In this document: piece after piece, positions 25,901 to 40,900 of the stretch | Position numbering within the stretch: position 1 is the first letter of the stretch | How the letters are laid out: every line of letters begins with the position of its first letter | DNA from: the human T2T-CHM13v2.0 reference genome, Homo sapiens | Assembly (NCBI RefSeq): GCF_009914755.1 | Contig: NC_060935.1 | Length of the DNA: 64,000 nucleotides | Reading direction: 5' to 3' (one strand) | Notes under the pieces: model-generated | Seen by the model: only the letters and a program-made list of their open reading frames with translations | Databases searched by the model: none | Told to the model about the DNA's origin: nothing | Translations under genes and position numbers: made by a program

Positions 25901-28900
25901 GCGCAGTTTCCAAACACACTTTCTGTAGAATCTGCCACTGGATATTTGGACCTCTCTGAGGATTTCGTTGGAAACGGGCTAAACTTCCCAGAACTACACG
26001 GAAGCATTCTGAGAAACTTCTTTGTGATGTTTGCATTCAACTCACAGAGTTGAACCTTGCTTTCATAGTTCATCTTTCAAACACTCTTTTTGTAGAATCT
26101 GCAAGTGCATATTTGGACCACTTTGTGGCCTTCCTTCGAAACGGGTATATCTTCACATCAAACCTAGACAGAAGCATTCTCAGAATGTTTCCTGTGATGA
26201 CTGCATTCAACTCACAGAGGTGAACAATCCTGCTGATGGAGCAGTTTTGAAACTCTCTTTCTTTGGATTCTGCAAGTGGATATGTGGACCTCTGTGAAGA
26301 TTTCGTTGGAAACGGGTTCATCTTCACAGAAAAACTAAACAGGAGCATTCTCAGAAACTGCTTTGTGATGTTTGTGTTCCACTTCAGGAATTGAACTTTC
26401 CTCTTGACAGAGCAGCTCTGAAACCCTCTTTTTCTAGAATCTGCAAGTGGACATTTGGAGGGCTTTGAGGCCTGTGGTGGAAAAGGAAAATCTTCACATA
26501 AAAACTAGATGGAAGCATTCTCAGAAACTACTTTGCGATGATTGCATTCGACTCACAGAGTTGAACATTCCTATAGATAGAGCAGGTTGTAAACAATCTT
26601 TTTGTAGAATCTGCGATTGGAGATTTGGACTGCTTTGAGGCCTACTGTAGTAAAGGAAATAACTTCATCTAAAAACCAAACGGAAGCATTCACAGACAGT
26701 TCTTAGTGATCATTGGATAGAACTAACAGAGCTGAACATTCCTTTAGATGGAGCAGTTTCCAAACACACTTTCTGTAGAATCTGCAAGTGGATATTTGGA
26801 CCTCTCTGAGGATTTCGTTGGAAACGGGATAAACTTCCCAGAACTACACGAAAGTATTCTGAGAAACTTCTTTGTGATGTTTGCATTCAACTCACAGAGT
26901 TGAACCTTGCTTTCATAGTTCAGCTTTCAAACACTCTTTTTGTAGAATCTGCAAGTGGATATTTGGACCACTTTGTGGCCTTCCTTCGAAACGGGTATAT
27001 CTTCACATCAAACCTAGACAGAAGCATTCTCAGAATGTTTCCTGTGATGACTGCATTCAACTCACAGAGGTGAACAATCCTGCTGATGGAGCAGTTTTGA
27101 AACTCTCTTTCTTTGGATTCTGCAAGTGGATATGTGGACCTCTGTGAAGATTTCATTGGAAACGGGTTTATCTTCACAGAAAAACTAAACAGAAGCATTC
27201 TCAGAAACTGCTTTGTGATGTTTGTGTTCCACTTCAAGAATTGAACTTTCCTCTTGACAGAGCAGCTCTGAAACCCTCTTTTTCTAGAATCTGCAAGTGG
27301 ACATTTGGAGGGCTTTGAGGCCTGTGTGGAAAAGGAAAATCTTCACATAAAAACTAGATGGAAGCATTCTCAGAAACTACTTTGCGATGATTGCATTCGA
27401 CTCACAGAGTTGAACATTCCTATAGATAGAGCAGGTTGTAAACAATCTTTTTGTAGAATCTGCGATTGGAGATTTGGACTGCTTTGAGGCCTACTGTAGT
27501 AAAGGAAATAACTTCATCTAAAAACCAAACGGAAGCATTCACGACAATTCTTAATGATCATTGGATTGAACTAACAGAGCTGAACATTCCTTTAGATGGA
27601 GCAGTTTCCAAACACACTTTCTGTAGAATCTGCAAGTGGATATTTGGACCTCTCTGAGGATATCGTTGGAAAAGGGATAAACTTCCCAGAACTACACGGA
27701 AGCATTCTGAGAAACTTCTTTGTGATGTTTGCATTCAACTCACAGAGTTGAACCTTGCTTTCATAGTTCAGCTTTCAAACACTCTTTTTGTAGGATCTGC
27801 AAGTGGATATTTGACCACTTTGTGGCCTTCCTTCGAAACGGGTATATCTTCACATCAAACCTAGACAGAAGCATTCTCAGAATGTTTTCTGTGATGACTG
27901 CATTCAACTCACAGAGGTGAACAATCCTGCTGATGGAGCAGTTTTGAAACTCTCTTTCTTTGGATTCTGCAAGTGGATATGTGGACCTCTGTGAAGATTT
28001 CGTTGGAAACGGGTTCATCTTCACAGAAAAACTAAACAGGAGCATTCTCAGAAACTGCTTTGTGATGTTTGTGTTCCACTTCAGGAATTGAACTTTCCTC
28101 TTGACAGAGCAGCTCTGAAACCCTCTTTTTCTAGAATCTGCAAGTGGACATTTGGAGGGCTTTGAGGCCTGTGGTGGAAAAGGAAAATCTTCACATAAAA
28201 ATTAGATGGAAGCATTCTCAGAAACTACTTTGTGATGATTGCATTCGACTCACAGAGTTGAACATTCCTATAGATAGAGCAGGTAGTAAACAATCTTTTT
28301 GTAGAATCTGCGATTGGAGATTTGGACTGCTTTGAGGCCTACTGTAGTAAAGGAAATAACTTCATCTAAAAACCAAACGGAAGCATTCACAGATAATTCT
28401 TAGTGATCATTGGATTGAACAAACAGAGCTGAACATTCCTTTAGATGGCGCAGTTTCCAAACACACTTTCTGTAGAATCTGCCACTGGATATTTGGACCT
28501 CTCTGAGGATTTCGTTGGAAACGGGCTAAACTTCCCAGAACTACACGGAAGCATTCTGAGAAACTTCTTTGTGATGTTTGCATTCAACTCACAGAGTTGA
28601 ACCTTGCTTTCATAGTTCAGCTTTCAAACACTCTTTTTGTAGAATCTGCAAGTGGATATTTGGACCACTTTGTGGCCTTCCTTCGAAACGGGTATATCTT
28701 CACATCAAACCTAGACAGAAGCATTCTCAGAATGTTTCCTGTGATGACTGCATTCAACTCACAGAGGTGAACAATCCTGCTGATGGAGCAGTTTTGAAAC
28801 TCTCTTTCTTTGGATTCTGCAAGTGGATATGTGGACCTCTGTGAAGATTTCGTTGGAAACGGGTTCATCTTCACAGAAAAACTAAACAGGAGCATTCTCA

Positions 28901-31900
28901 GAAACTGCCTTGTGATGTTTGTGTTCCACTTCAGGAATTGAACTTTCCTCTTGACAGAGCAGCTCTGAAACCCTCTTTTTCTAGAATCTGCAAGTGGACA
29001 TTTGGAGGGCTTTGAGGCCTGTGGTGGAAAAGGAAACTCTTCACATAAAAACTAGATGGAAGCATTCTCAGAAACTACTTTGCGATGATTGCATTCGACT
29101 CACAGAGTTGAACATTCCTATAGATAGAGCAGGTAGTAAACAATCTTTTTGTAGAATCTGCGATTGGAGATTTGGACTGCTTTGAGGCCTACTGTAGTAA
29201 AGGAAATAACTTCATCTAAAAACCAAACGGAAGCATTCACAGACAGTTCTTAGTGATCATTGGATAGAACTAACAGAGCTGAACATTCCTTTAGATGGAG
29301 CAGTTTCCAAACACACTTTCTGTAGAATCTGCAAGTGGATATTTGGACCTCTCTGAGGATTTCGTTGGAAACGGGATAAACTTCCCAGAACTACACGAAA
29401 GTATTCTGAGAAACTTCTTTGTGATGTTTGCATTCAACTCACAGAGTTGAACCTTGCTTTCATAGTTCAGCTTTCAAACACTCTTTTTGTAGAATCTGCA
29501 AGTGGATATTTGGACCACTTTGTGGCCTTCCTTCGAAACGGGTATATCTTCACATCAAACCTAGACAGAAGCATTCTCAGAATGTTTCCTGTGATGACTG
29601 CATTCAACTCACAGAGGTGAACAATCCTGCTGATGGAGCAGTTTTGAAACTCTCTTTCTTTGGATTCTGCAAGTGGATATGTGGACCTCTGTGAAGATTT
29701 CATTGGAAACGGGTTTATCTTCACAGAAAAACTAAACAGAAGCATTCTCAGAAACTGCTTTGTGATGTTTGTGTTCCACTTCAAGAATTGAACTTTCCTC
29801 TTGACAGAGCAGCTCTGAAACCCTCTTTTTCTAGAATCTGCAAGTGGACATTTGGAGGGCTTTGAGGCCTGTGTGGAAAAGGAAAATCTTCACATAAAAA
29901 CTAGATGGAAGCATTCTCAGAAACTACTTTGCGATGATTGCATTCGACTCACAGAGTTGAACATTCCTATAGATAGAGCAGGTTGTAAACAATCTTTTTG
30001 TAGAATCTGCGATTGGAGATTTGGACTGCTTTGAGGCCTACTGTAGTAAAGGAAATAACTTCATCTAAAAACCAAACGGAAGCATTCACGACAATTCTTA
30101 ATGATCATTGGATTGAACTAACAGAGCTGAACATTCCTTTAGATGGAGCAGTTTCCAAACACACTTTCTGTAGAATCTGCAAGTGGATATTTGGACCTCT
30201 CTGAGGATATCGTTGGAAAAGGGATAAACTTCCCAGAACTACACGGAAGCATTCTGAGAAACTTCTTTGTGATGTTTGCATTCAACTCACAGAGTTGAAC
30301 CTTGCTTTCATAGTTCAGCTTTCAAACACTCTTTTTGTAGGATCTGCAAGTGGATATTTGACCACTTTGTGGCCTTCCTTCGAAACGGGTATATCTTCAC
30401 ATCAAACCTAGACAGAAGCATTCTCAGAATGTTTTCTGTGATGACTGCATTCAACTCACAGAGGTGAACAATCCTGCTGATGGAGCAGTTTTGAAACTCT
30501 CTTTCTTTGGATTCTGCAAGTGGATATGTGGACCTCTGTGAAGATTTCGTTGGAAACGGGTTCATCTTCACAGAAAAACTAAACAGGAGCATTCTCAGAA
30601 ACTGCTTTGTGATGTTTGTGTTCCACTTCAGGAATTGAACTTTCCTCTTGACAGAGCAGCTCTGAAACCCTCTTTTTCTAGAATCTGCAAGTGGACATTT
30701 GGAGGGCTTTGAGGCCTGTGGTGGAAAAGGAAAATCTTCACATAAAAATTAGATGGAAGCATTCTCAGAAACTACTTTGTGATGATTGCATTCGACTCAC
30801 AGAGTTGAACATTCCTATAGATAGAGCAGGTAGTAAACAATCTTTTTGTAGAATCTGCGATTGGAGATTTGGACTGCTTTGAGGCCTACTGTAGTAAAGG
30901 AAATAACTTCATCTAAAAACCAAACGGAAGCATTCACAGATAATTCTTAGTGATCATTGGATTGAACAAACAGAGCTGAACATTCCTTTAGATGGCGCAG
31001 TTTCCAAACACACTTTCTGTAGAATCTGCCACTGGATATTTGGACCTCTCTGAGGATTTCGTTGGAAACGGGCTAAACTTCCCAGAACTACACGGAAGCA
31101 TTCTGAGAAACTTCTTTGTGATGTTTGCATTCAACTCACAGAGTTGAACCTTGCTTTCATAGTTCAGCTTTCAAACACTCTTTTTGTAGAATCTGCAAGT
31201 GGATATTTGGACCACTTTGTGGCCTTCCTTCGAAACGGGTATATCTTCACATCAAACCTAGACAGAAGCATTCTAAGAATGTTTCCTGTGATGACTGCAT
31301 TCAACTCACAGAGGTGAACAATCCTGCTGATGGAGCAGTTTTGAAACTCTCTTTCTTTGGATTCTGCAAGTGGATATGTGGACCTCTGTGAAGATTTCGT
31401 TGGAAACGGGTTCATCTTCACAGAAAAACTAAACAGGAGCATTCTCAGAAACTGCCTTGTGATGTTTGTGTTCCACTTCAGGAATTGAACTTTCCTCTTG
31501 ACAGAGCAGCTCTGAAACCCTCTTTTTCTAGAATCTGCAAGTGGACATTTGGAGGGCTTTGAGGCCTGTGGTGGAAAAGGAAACTCTTCACATAAAAACT
31601 AGATGGAAGCATTCTCAGAAACTACTTTGCGATGATTGCATTCGACTCACAGAGTTGAACATTCCTATAGATAGAGCAGGTAGTAAACAATCTTTTTGTA
31701 GAATCTGCGATTGGAGATTTGGACTGCTTTGAGGCCTACTGTAGTAAAGGAAATAACTTCATCTAAAAACCAAACGGAAGCATTCACAGACAGTTCTTAG
31801 TGATCATTGGATAGAACTAACAGAGCTGAACATTCCTTTAGATGGAGCAGTTTCCAAACACACTTTCTGTAGAATCTGCAAGTGGATATTTGGACCTCTC

Positions 31901-34900
31901 TGAGGATTTCGTTGGAAACGGGATAAACTTCCCAGAACTACACGAAAGTATTCTGAGAAACTTCTTTGTGATGTTTGCATTCAACTCACAGAGTTGAACC
32001 TTGCTTTCATAGTTCAGCTTTCAAACACTCTTTTTGTAGAATCTGCAAGTGGATATTTGGACCACTTTGTGGCCTTCCTTCGAAACGGGTATATCTTCAC
32101 ATCAAACCTAGACAGAAGCATTCTCAGAATGTTTCCTGTGATGACTGCATTCAACTCACAGAGGTGAACAATCCTGCTGATGGAGCAGTTTTGAAACTCT
32201 CTTTCTTTGGATTCTGCAAGTGGATATGTGGACCTCTGTGAAGATTTCATTGGAAACGGGTTTATCTTCACAGAAAAACTAAACAGAAGCATTCTCAGAA
32301 ACTGCTTTGTGATGTTTGTGTTCCACTTCAAGAATTGAACTTTCCTCTTGACAGAGCAGCTCTGAAACCCTCTTTTTCTAGAATCTGCAAGTGGACATTT
32401 GGAGGGCTTTGAGGCCTGTGTGGAAAAGGAAAATCTTCACATAAAAACTAGATGGAAGCATTCTCAGAAACTACTTTGCGATGATTGCATTCGACTCACA
32501 GAGTTGAACATTCCTATAGATAGAGCAGGTTGTAAACAATCTTTTTGTAGAATCTGCGATTGGAGATTTGGACTGCTTTGAGGCCTACTGTAGTAAAGGA
32601 AATAACTTCATCTAAAAACCAAACGGAAGCATTCACAGACAATTCTTAGTGATCATTGGATTGAACTAACAGAGCTGAACATTCCTTTAGATGGAGCAGT
32701 TTCCAAACTCACTTTCTGTAGAATCTGCAAGTGGATATTTGGACCTCTCTGAGGATTTCCTTGGAAAAGGGATAAACATCCCAGAACTACACGGAAGCAT
32801 TCTGAGAAACTTCTTTGTGATGTTTGCATTCAACTCACAGAGTTGAACCTTGCTTTCATAGTTCAGCTTTCAAACACTCTTTTTGTAGGATCTGCAAGTG
32901 GATATTTGACCACTTTGTGGCCTTCCTTCAAAACGGGTATATCTTCACATCAAACCTAGACAGAAGCATTCTCAGAATGTTTTCTGTGATGACTGCATTC
33001 AACTCACAGAGGTGAACAATCCTGCTGATGGAGCAGTTTTGAAACTCTCTTTCTTTGGATTCTGCAAGTGGATATGTGGACCTCTGTGAAGATTTCATTG
33101 GAAACGGGTTCATCTTCACAGAAAAACTAAACAGAAGAATTCTCAGAAACTGCTTTGTGATGTTTGTGTTCCACTTCAAGAATTGAACTTTCCTCTTGAC
33201 AGAGCAGCTCTGAATCCCTCTTTTTCTAGAATCTGCAAGTGGACATTTGGAGGGCTTTGAGGCCTGTGGTGGAAAAGGAAAATCTTCACATAAAAACTAG
33301 ATGGAAGCATTCTCAGAAACTACTTTGCGATGATTGCATTCGACTCACAGAGTTGAACATTCCTATAGATAGAGCAGGTTGTAAACAATCTTTTTGTAGA
33401 ATCTGCGATTGGAGATTTTACTGCTTTGAGGCCTACTGTAGTAAAGGAAATAACTTCATCTAAAAACCAAACGGAAGCATTCACAGACAATTCTTAGTGA
33501 TCATTGGATTGAACTAACAGAGCTGAACATTCCTTTAGATGGAGCAGTTTCCAAACACACTTTCTGTAGAATCTGGAAGTGGATATTTGGACCTCTCTGA
33601 GGATTTCGTTGGAAACGGGATAAACATCCCAGAACTACACGGAAGCATTCTGAGAAACTTCTTTGTGATGTTTGCATTCAACTCACAGAGTTGAACCTTC
33701 CTTTCATAGTTCAGCTTTCAAACACTCTTTTTGTAGAATCTGCAAGTGGATATTTGGACCACTTTGTGGCCTTCCTTCGAAACGGGTATATCTTCACATC
33801 AAACCTAGACAGAAGCATTCTCAGAATGTTTCCTGTGATGACTGCATTCAACTCACAGAGGTGAACAATCCTGCTGATGGAGCAGTTTTGAAACTCTCTT
33901 TCTTTGGATTCTGCAAGTGGATATGTGGACCTCTGTGAAGATTTCGTTGGAAACGGGTTCATCTTCACAGAAAAACTAAACAGGAGCATTCTCAGAAACT
34001 GCTTTGTGATGTTTGTGTTCCACTTCAGGAATTGAACTTTCCTCTTGACAGAGCAGCTCTGAAACCCTCTTTTTCTAGAATCTGCAAGTGGACATTTGGA
34101 GGGCTTTGAGGCCTGTGGTGGAAAAGGAAAATCTTCACATAAAAACTAGATGGAGGCATTCTCAGAAACTACTTTGTGATGATTGCATTCGACTCACAGA
34201 GTTGAACATTCCTATAGATAGAGCAGGTTGTAAACAATCTTTTTGTAGAATCTGCGATTGGAGATTTTACTGCTTTGAGGCCTACTGTAGTAAAGGAAAT
34301 AACTTCATCTAAAAACCAAACGGAAGCATTCACAGACAATTCTTAGTGATCATTGGATTGAACTAACAGAGCTGAACATTCCTTTAGATGGAGCAGTTTC
34401 CAAACACACTTTCTGTAGAATCTGCAAGTGGATATTTGGACCTCTCTGACGATTTCATTGGAAACGGGATAAACTTCCCAGAACTACACGGAAGCATTCT
34501 GAGAAACTTCTTTGTGATGTTTGCATTCAACTCACAGAGTTGAACCTTGCTTTCATAGTTCAGCTTTCAAACACTCTTTTTGTAGAATCTGCAAGTGGAT
34601 ATTTGGACCACTTTGTGGCCTTCCTTCGAAACGGGTATATCTTCACATCAAACCTAGACAGAAGCATTCTCAGAATGTTTCCTGTGATGACTGCATTCAA
34701 CTCACAGAGGTGAACAATCCTGCTGATGGAGCAGTTTTGAAACTCTCTTTCTTTGGATTCTGCAAGTGGATATGTGGACCTCTGTGAAGATTTCATTGGA
34801 AACGGGTTTATCTTCACAGAAAAACTAAACAGAAGCATTCTCAGAAACTGCTTTGTGATGTTTGTGTTCCACTTCAAGAATTGAACTTTCCTCTTGACAG

Positions 34901-37900
34901 AGCAGCTCTGAAACCCCCTTTTTCTAGAATCTGCAAGTGGACATTTGGAGGGCTTTGAGGCCTGTGTGGAAAAGGAAAATCTTCACATAAAAACTAGATG
35001 GAAGCATTCTCAGAAACTACTTTGCGATGATTGCATTCGACTCACAGAGTTGAACATTCCTATAGATAGAGCAGGTTGTAAACAATCTTTTTGTAGAATC
35101 TGCGATTGGAGATTTGGACTGCTTTGAGGCCTACTGTAGTAAAGGAAATAACTTCATCTAAAAACCAAACGGAAGCATTCACAGACAATTCTTAGTGATC
35201 ATTGGATTGAACTAACAGAGCTGAACATTCCTTTAGATGGAGCAGTTTCCAAACTCACTTTCTGTAGAATCTGCAAGTGGATATTTGGACCTCTCTGAGG
35301 ATTTCCTTGGAAAAGGGATAAACATCCCAGAACTACACGGAAGCATTCTGAGAAACTTCTTTGTGATGTTTGCATTCAACTCACAGAGTTGAACCTTGCT
35401 TTCATAGTTCAGCTTTCAAACACTCTTTTTGTAGGATCTGCAAGTGGATATTTGACCACTTTGTGGCCTTCCTTCGAAACGGGTATATCTTCACATCAAA
35501 CCTAGACAGAAGCATTCTCAGAATGTTTTCTGTGATGACTGCATTCAACTCACAGAGGTGAACAATCCTGCTGATGGAGCAGTTTTGAAACTCTCTTTCT
35601 TTGGATTCTGCAAGTGGATATGTGGACCTCTGTGAAGATTTCGTTGGAAACGGGTTCATCTTCACAGAAAAACTAAACAGGAGCATTCTCAGAAACTGCT
35701 TTGTGATGTTTGTGTTCCACTTCAGGAATTGAACTTTCCTCTTGACAGAGCAGCTCTGAAACCCTCTTTTTCTAGAATCTGCAAGTGGACATTTGGAGGG
35801 CTTTGAGGCCTGTGGTGGAAAAGGAAAATCTTCACATAAAAACTAGATGGAAGCATTCTCAGAAACTACTTTGCGATGATTGCATTCGACTCACAGAGTT
35901 GAACATTCCTATAGATAGAGCAGGTTGTAAACAATCTTTTTGTAGAATCTGCGATTGGAGATTTTACTGCTTTGAGGCCTACTGTAGTAAAGGAAATAAC
36001 TTCATCTAAAAACCAAACGGAAGCATTCACAGACAATTCTTAGTGATCATTGGATTGAACTAACAGAGCTGAACATTCCTTTAGATGGAGCAGTTTCCAA
36101 ACACACTTTCTGTAGAATCTGCAAGTGGATATTTGGACCTCTCTGAGGATTTCGTTGGAAACGGGATAAACTTCCCAGAACTACACGGAAGCATTCTGAG
36201 AAACTTCTTTGTGATGTTTGCATTCAACTCACAGAGTTGAACCTTGCTTTCATAGTTCAGCTTTCAAACACTCTTTTTGTAGGATCCGCAAGTGGATATT
36301 TGACAACTTTGTGGCCTTCCTTCGAAACGGGTATATCTTCACATCAAACCTAGACAGAAGCATTCTCATAATGTTTCCTGTGATGACTGCATTCAACTCA
36401 CAGAGGTGAACAATCCTGCTGATGGAGCAGTTTTGAAACTCTCTTTCTTTGGATTCTGCAAGTGGATATGTGGACCTCTGTGAAGATTTCGTTGGAAACG
36501 GGTTCATCTTCACAGAAAAACTAAACAGGAGCATTCTCAGAAACTGCTTTGTGATGTTTGTGTTCCACTTCAGGAATTGAACTTTCCTCTTGACAGAGCA
36601 GCTCTGAAACCCTCTTTTTCTAGAATCTGCAAGTGGACATTTGGAGGGCTTTGAGTCCTGTGGTGGAAAAGGAAAATCTTCACATAAAAACTAGATGGAA
36701 GCATTCTCAGAAACTACTTTGTGATGATTGCATTCGACTCACAGAGTTGAACATTCCTATAGATAGAGCAGGTTGTAAACAATCTTTTTGTAGAATCTGC
36801 GATTGGAGATTTGGACTGCTTTGAGGCCTACTGTAGTAAAGGAAATAACTTCATCTAAATACCAAACGGAAGCATTCACAGACAATTCTTAGTGATCATT
36901 GGATTGAACTAACAGAGCTGAACATTCCTTTAGAAGGCGCAGTTTCCAAACACACTTTCTGTAGAATCTGCAAGTGGATATTTGGACCTCTCTGAGGATT
37001 TCGTTGGAAACGGGATAAACATCCCAGAACTACACGGAAGCATTCTGAGAAACTTCTTTGTGATGTTTGCATTCAACTCACAGAGTTGAACCTTGCTTTC
37101 ATAGTTCAGCTTTCAAACACTCTTTTTGTAGAATCTGCAAGTGGATATTTGGACCACTTTGGGGCCTTCCTTCGAAACGGGTATATCTTCACATCAAACC
37201 TAGACAGAAGCATTCTCAGAATGTTTCCTCTGATGACTGCATTCAACTCACAGAGGTGAACAATCCTGCTGATGGAGCAGTTTTGAAACTCTCTTTCTTT
37301 GGATTCTGCAAGTGGATATGTGGACCTCTGTGAAGATTTCGTTGGAAACGGGTTCATCTTCACAGAAAAACTAAACAGGAGCATTCTCAGAAACTGCTTT
37401 GTGATGTTTGTGTTCCACTTCAGGAATTGAACTTTCCTCTTGACAGAGCAGCTCTGAAACCCTCTTTTTCTAGAATCTGCAAGTGGACATTTGGAGGGCT
37501 TTGAGGCCTGTGGTGGAAAAGGAAAATCTTCACATAAAAACTAGATGGAGGCATTCTCAGAAACTACTTTGTGATGATTGCATTCGACTCACAGAGTTGA
37601 ACATTCCTATAGATAGAGCAGGTTGTAAACAATCTTTTTGTAGAATCTGCGATTGGAGATTTTACTGCTTTGAGGCCTACTGTAGTAAAGGAAATAACTT
37701 CATCTAAAAACCAAACGGAAGCATTCACAGACAATTCTTAGTGATCATTGGATTGAACTAAAAGAGCTGAACATTCCTTTAGATGGAGCAGTTTCCAAAC
37801 ACACTTTCTGTAGAATCTGCAAGTGGATATTTGGACCTCTCTGAGGATTTCGTTGGAAACGGGCTAAACTTCCCAGAACTACACGGAAGCATTCTGAGAA

Positions 37901-40900
37901 ACTTCTTTGTGATGTTTGCATTCAACTCACAGAGTTGAACCTTGCTTTCATAGTTCAGCTTTCAAACACTCTTTTTGTAGAATCTGCAAGTGGATATTTG
38001 GACCACTTTGTGGCCTTCCTTCGAAACGGGTATATCTTCACATCAAACCTAGACAGAAGCATTCTCAGAATGTTTCCTGTGATGACTGCATTCAACTCAC
38101 AGAGGTGAACAATCCTGCTGATGGAGCAGTTTTGAAACTCTCTTTCTTTGGATTCTGCAAGTGGATATGTGGACCTCTGTGAAGATTTCGTTGGAAACGG
38201 GTTCATCTTCACAGAAAAACTAAACAGGAGCATTCTCAGAAACTGCCTTGTGATGTTTGTGTTCCACTTCAGGAATTGAACTTTCCTCTTGACAGAGCAG
38301 CTCTGAACCCCTCTTTTTCTAGAATCTGCAAGTGGACATTTGGAGGGCTTTGAGGCCTGTGGTGGAAAAGGAAACTCTTCACATAAAAACTAGATGGAAG
38401 CATTCTCAGAAACTACTTTGCGATGATTGCATTCGACTCACAGAGTTGAACATTCCTATAGATAGAGCAGGTAGTAAACAATCTTTTTGTAGAATCTGCG
38501 ATTGGAGATTTGGACTGCTTTGAGGCCTACTGTAGTAAAGGAAATAACTTCATCTAAAAACCAAACGGAAGCATTCACAGACAGTTCTTAGTGATCATTG
38601 GATAGAACTAACAGAGCTGAACATTCCTTTAGATGGAGCAGTTTCCAAACACACTTTCTGTAGAATCTGCAAGTGGATATTTGGACCTCTCTGAGGATTT
38701 CGTTGGAAACGGGATAAACTTCCCAGAACTACACGAAAGTATTCTGAGAAACTTCTTTGTGATGTTTGCATTCAACTCACAGAGTTGAACCTTGCTTTCA
38801 TAGTTCAGCTTTCAAACACTCTTTTTGTAGAATCTGCAAGTGGATATTTGGACCACTTTGTGGCCTTCCTTCGAAACGGGTATATCTTCACATCAAACCT
38901 AGACAGAAGCATTCTCAGAATGTTTCCTGTGATGACTGCATTCAACTCACAGAGGTGAACAATCCTGCTGATGGAGCAGTTTTGAAACTCTCTTTCTTTG
39001 GATTCTGCAAGTGGATATGTGGACCTCTGTGAAGATTTCATTGGAAACGGGTTTATCTTCACAGAAAAACTAAACAGAAGCATTCTCAGAAACTGCTTTG
39101 TGATGTTTGTGTTCCACTTCAAGAATTGAACTTTCCTCTTGACAGAGCAGCTCTGAAACCCTCTTTTTCTAGAATCTGCAAGTGGACATTTGGAGGGCTT
39201 TGAGGCCTGTGTGGAAAAGGAAAATCTTCACATAAAAACTAGATGGAAGCATTCTCAGAAACTACTTTGCGATGATTGCATTCGACTCACAGAGTTGAAC
39301 ATTCCTATAGATAGAGCAGGTTGTAAACAATCTTTTTGTAGAATCTGCGATTGGAGATTTGGACTGCTTTGAGGCCTACTGTAGTAAAGGAAATAACTTC
39401 ATCTAAAAACCAAACGGAAGCATTCACAGACAATTCTTAGTGATCATTGGATTGAACTAACAGAGCTGAACATTCCTTTAGATGGAGCAGTTTCCAAACT
39501 CACTTTCTGTAGAATCTGCAAGTGGATATTTGGACCTCTCTGAGGATTTCCTTGGAAAAGGGATAAACATCCCAGAACTACACGGAAGCATTCTGAGAAA
39601 CTTCTTTGTGATGTTTGCATTCAACTCACAGAGTTGAACCTTGCTTTCATAGTTCAGCTTTCAAACACTCTTTTTGTAGGATCTGCAAGTGGATATTTGA
39701 CCACTTTGTGGCCTTCCTTCAAAACGGGTATATCTTCACATCAAACCTAGACAGAAGCATTCTCAGAATGTTTTCTGTGATGACTGCATTCAACTCACAG
39801 AGGTGAACAATCCTGCTGATGGAGCAGTTTTGAAACTCTCTTTCTTTGGATTCTGCAAGTGGATATGTGGACCTCTGTGAAGATTTCATTGGAAACGGGT
39901 TCATCTTCACAGAAAAACTAAACAGAAGAATTCTCAGAAACTGCTTTGTGATGTTTGTGTTCCACTTCAAGAATTGAACTTTCCTCTTGACAGAGCAGCT
40001 CTGAATCCCTCTTTTTCTAGAATCTGCAAGTGGACATTTGGAGGGCTTTGAGGCCTGTGGTGGAAAAGGAAAATCTTCACATAAAAACTAGATGGAAGCA
40101 TTCTCAGAAACTACTTTGCGATGATTGCATTCGACTCACAGAGTTGAACATTCCTATAGATAGAGCAGGTTGTAAACAATCTTTTTGTAGAATCTGCGAT
40201 TGGAGATTTTACTGCTTTGAGGCCTACTGTAGTAAAGGAAATAACTTCATCTAAAAACCAAACGGAAGCATTCACAGACAATTCTTAGTGATCATTGGAT
40301 TGAACTAACAGAGCTGAACATTCCTTTAGATGGAGCAGTTTCCAAACACACTTTCTGTAGAATCTGCAAGTGGATATTTGGACCTCTCTGAGGATTTCGT
40401 TGGAAACGGGATAAACATCCCAGAACTACACGGAAGCATTCTGAGAAACTTCTTTGTGATGTTTGCATTCAACTCACAGAGTTGAACCTTCCTTTCATAG
40501 TTCAGCTTTCAAACACTCTTTTTGTAGAATCTGCAAGTGGATATTTGGACCACTTTGTGGCCTTCCTTCGAAACGGGTATATCTTCACATCAAACCTAGA
40601 CAGAAGCATTCTCAGAATGTTTCCTGTGATGACTGCATTCAACTCACAGAGGTGAACAATCCTGCTGATGGAGCAGTTTTGAAACTCTCTTTCTTTGGAT
40701 TCTGCAAGTGGATATGTGGACCTCTGTGAAGATTTCGTTGGAAACGGGTTCATCTTCACAGAAAAACTAAACAGGAGCATTCTCAGAAACTGCTTTGTGA
40801 TGTTTGTGTTCCACTTCAGGAATTGAACTTTCCTCTTGACAGAGCAGCTCTGAAACCCTCTTTTTCTAGAATCTGCAAGTGGACATTTGGAGGGCTTTGA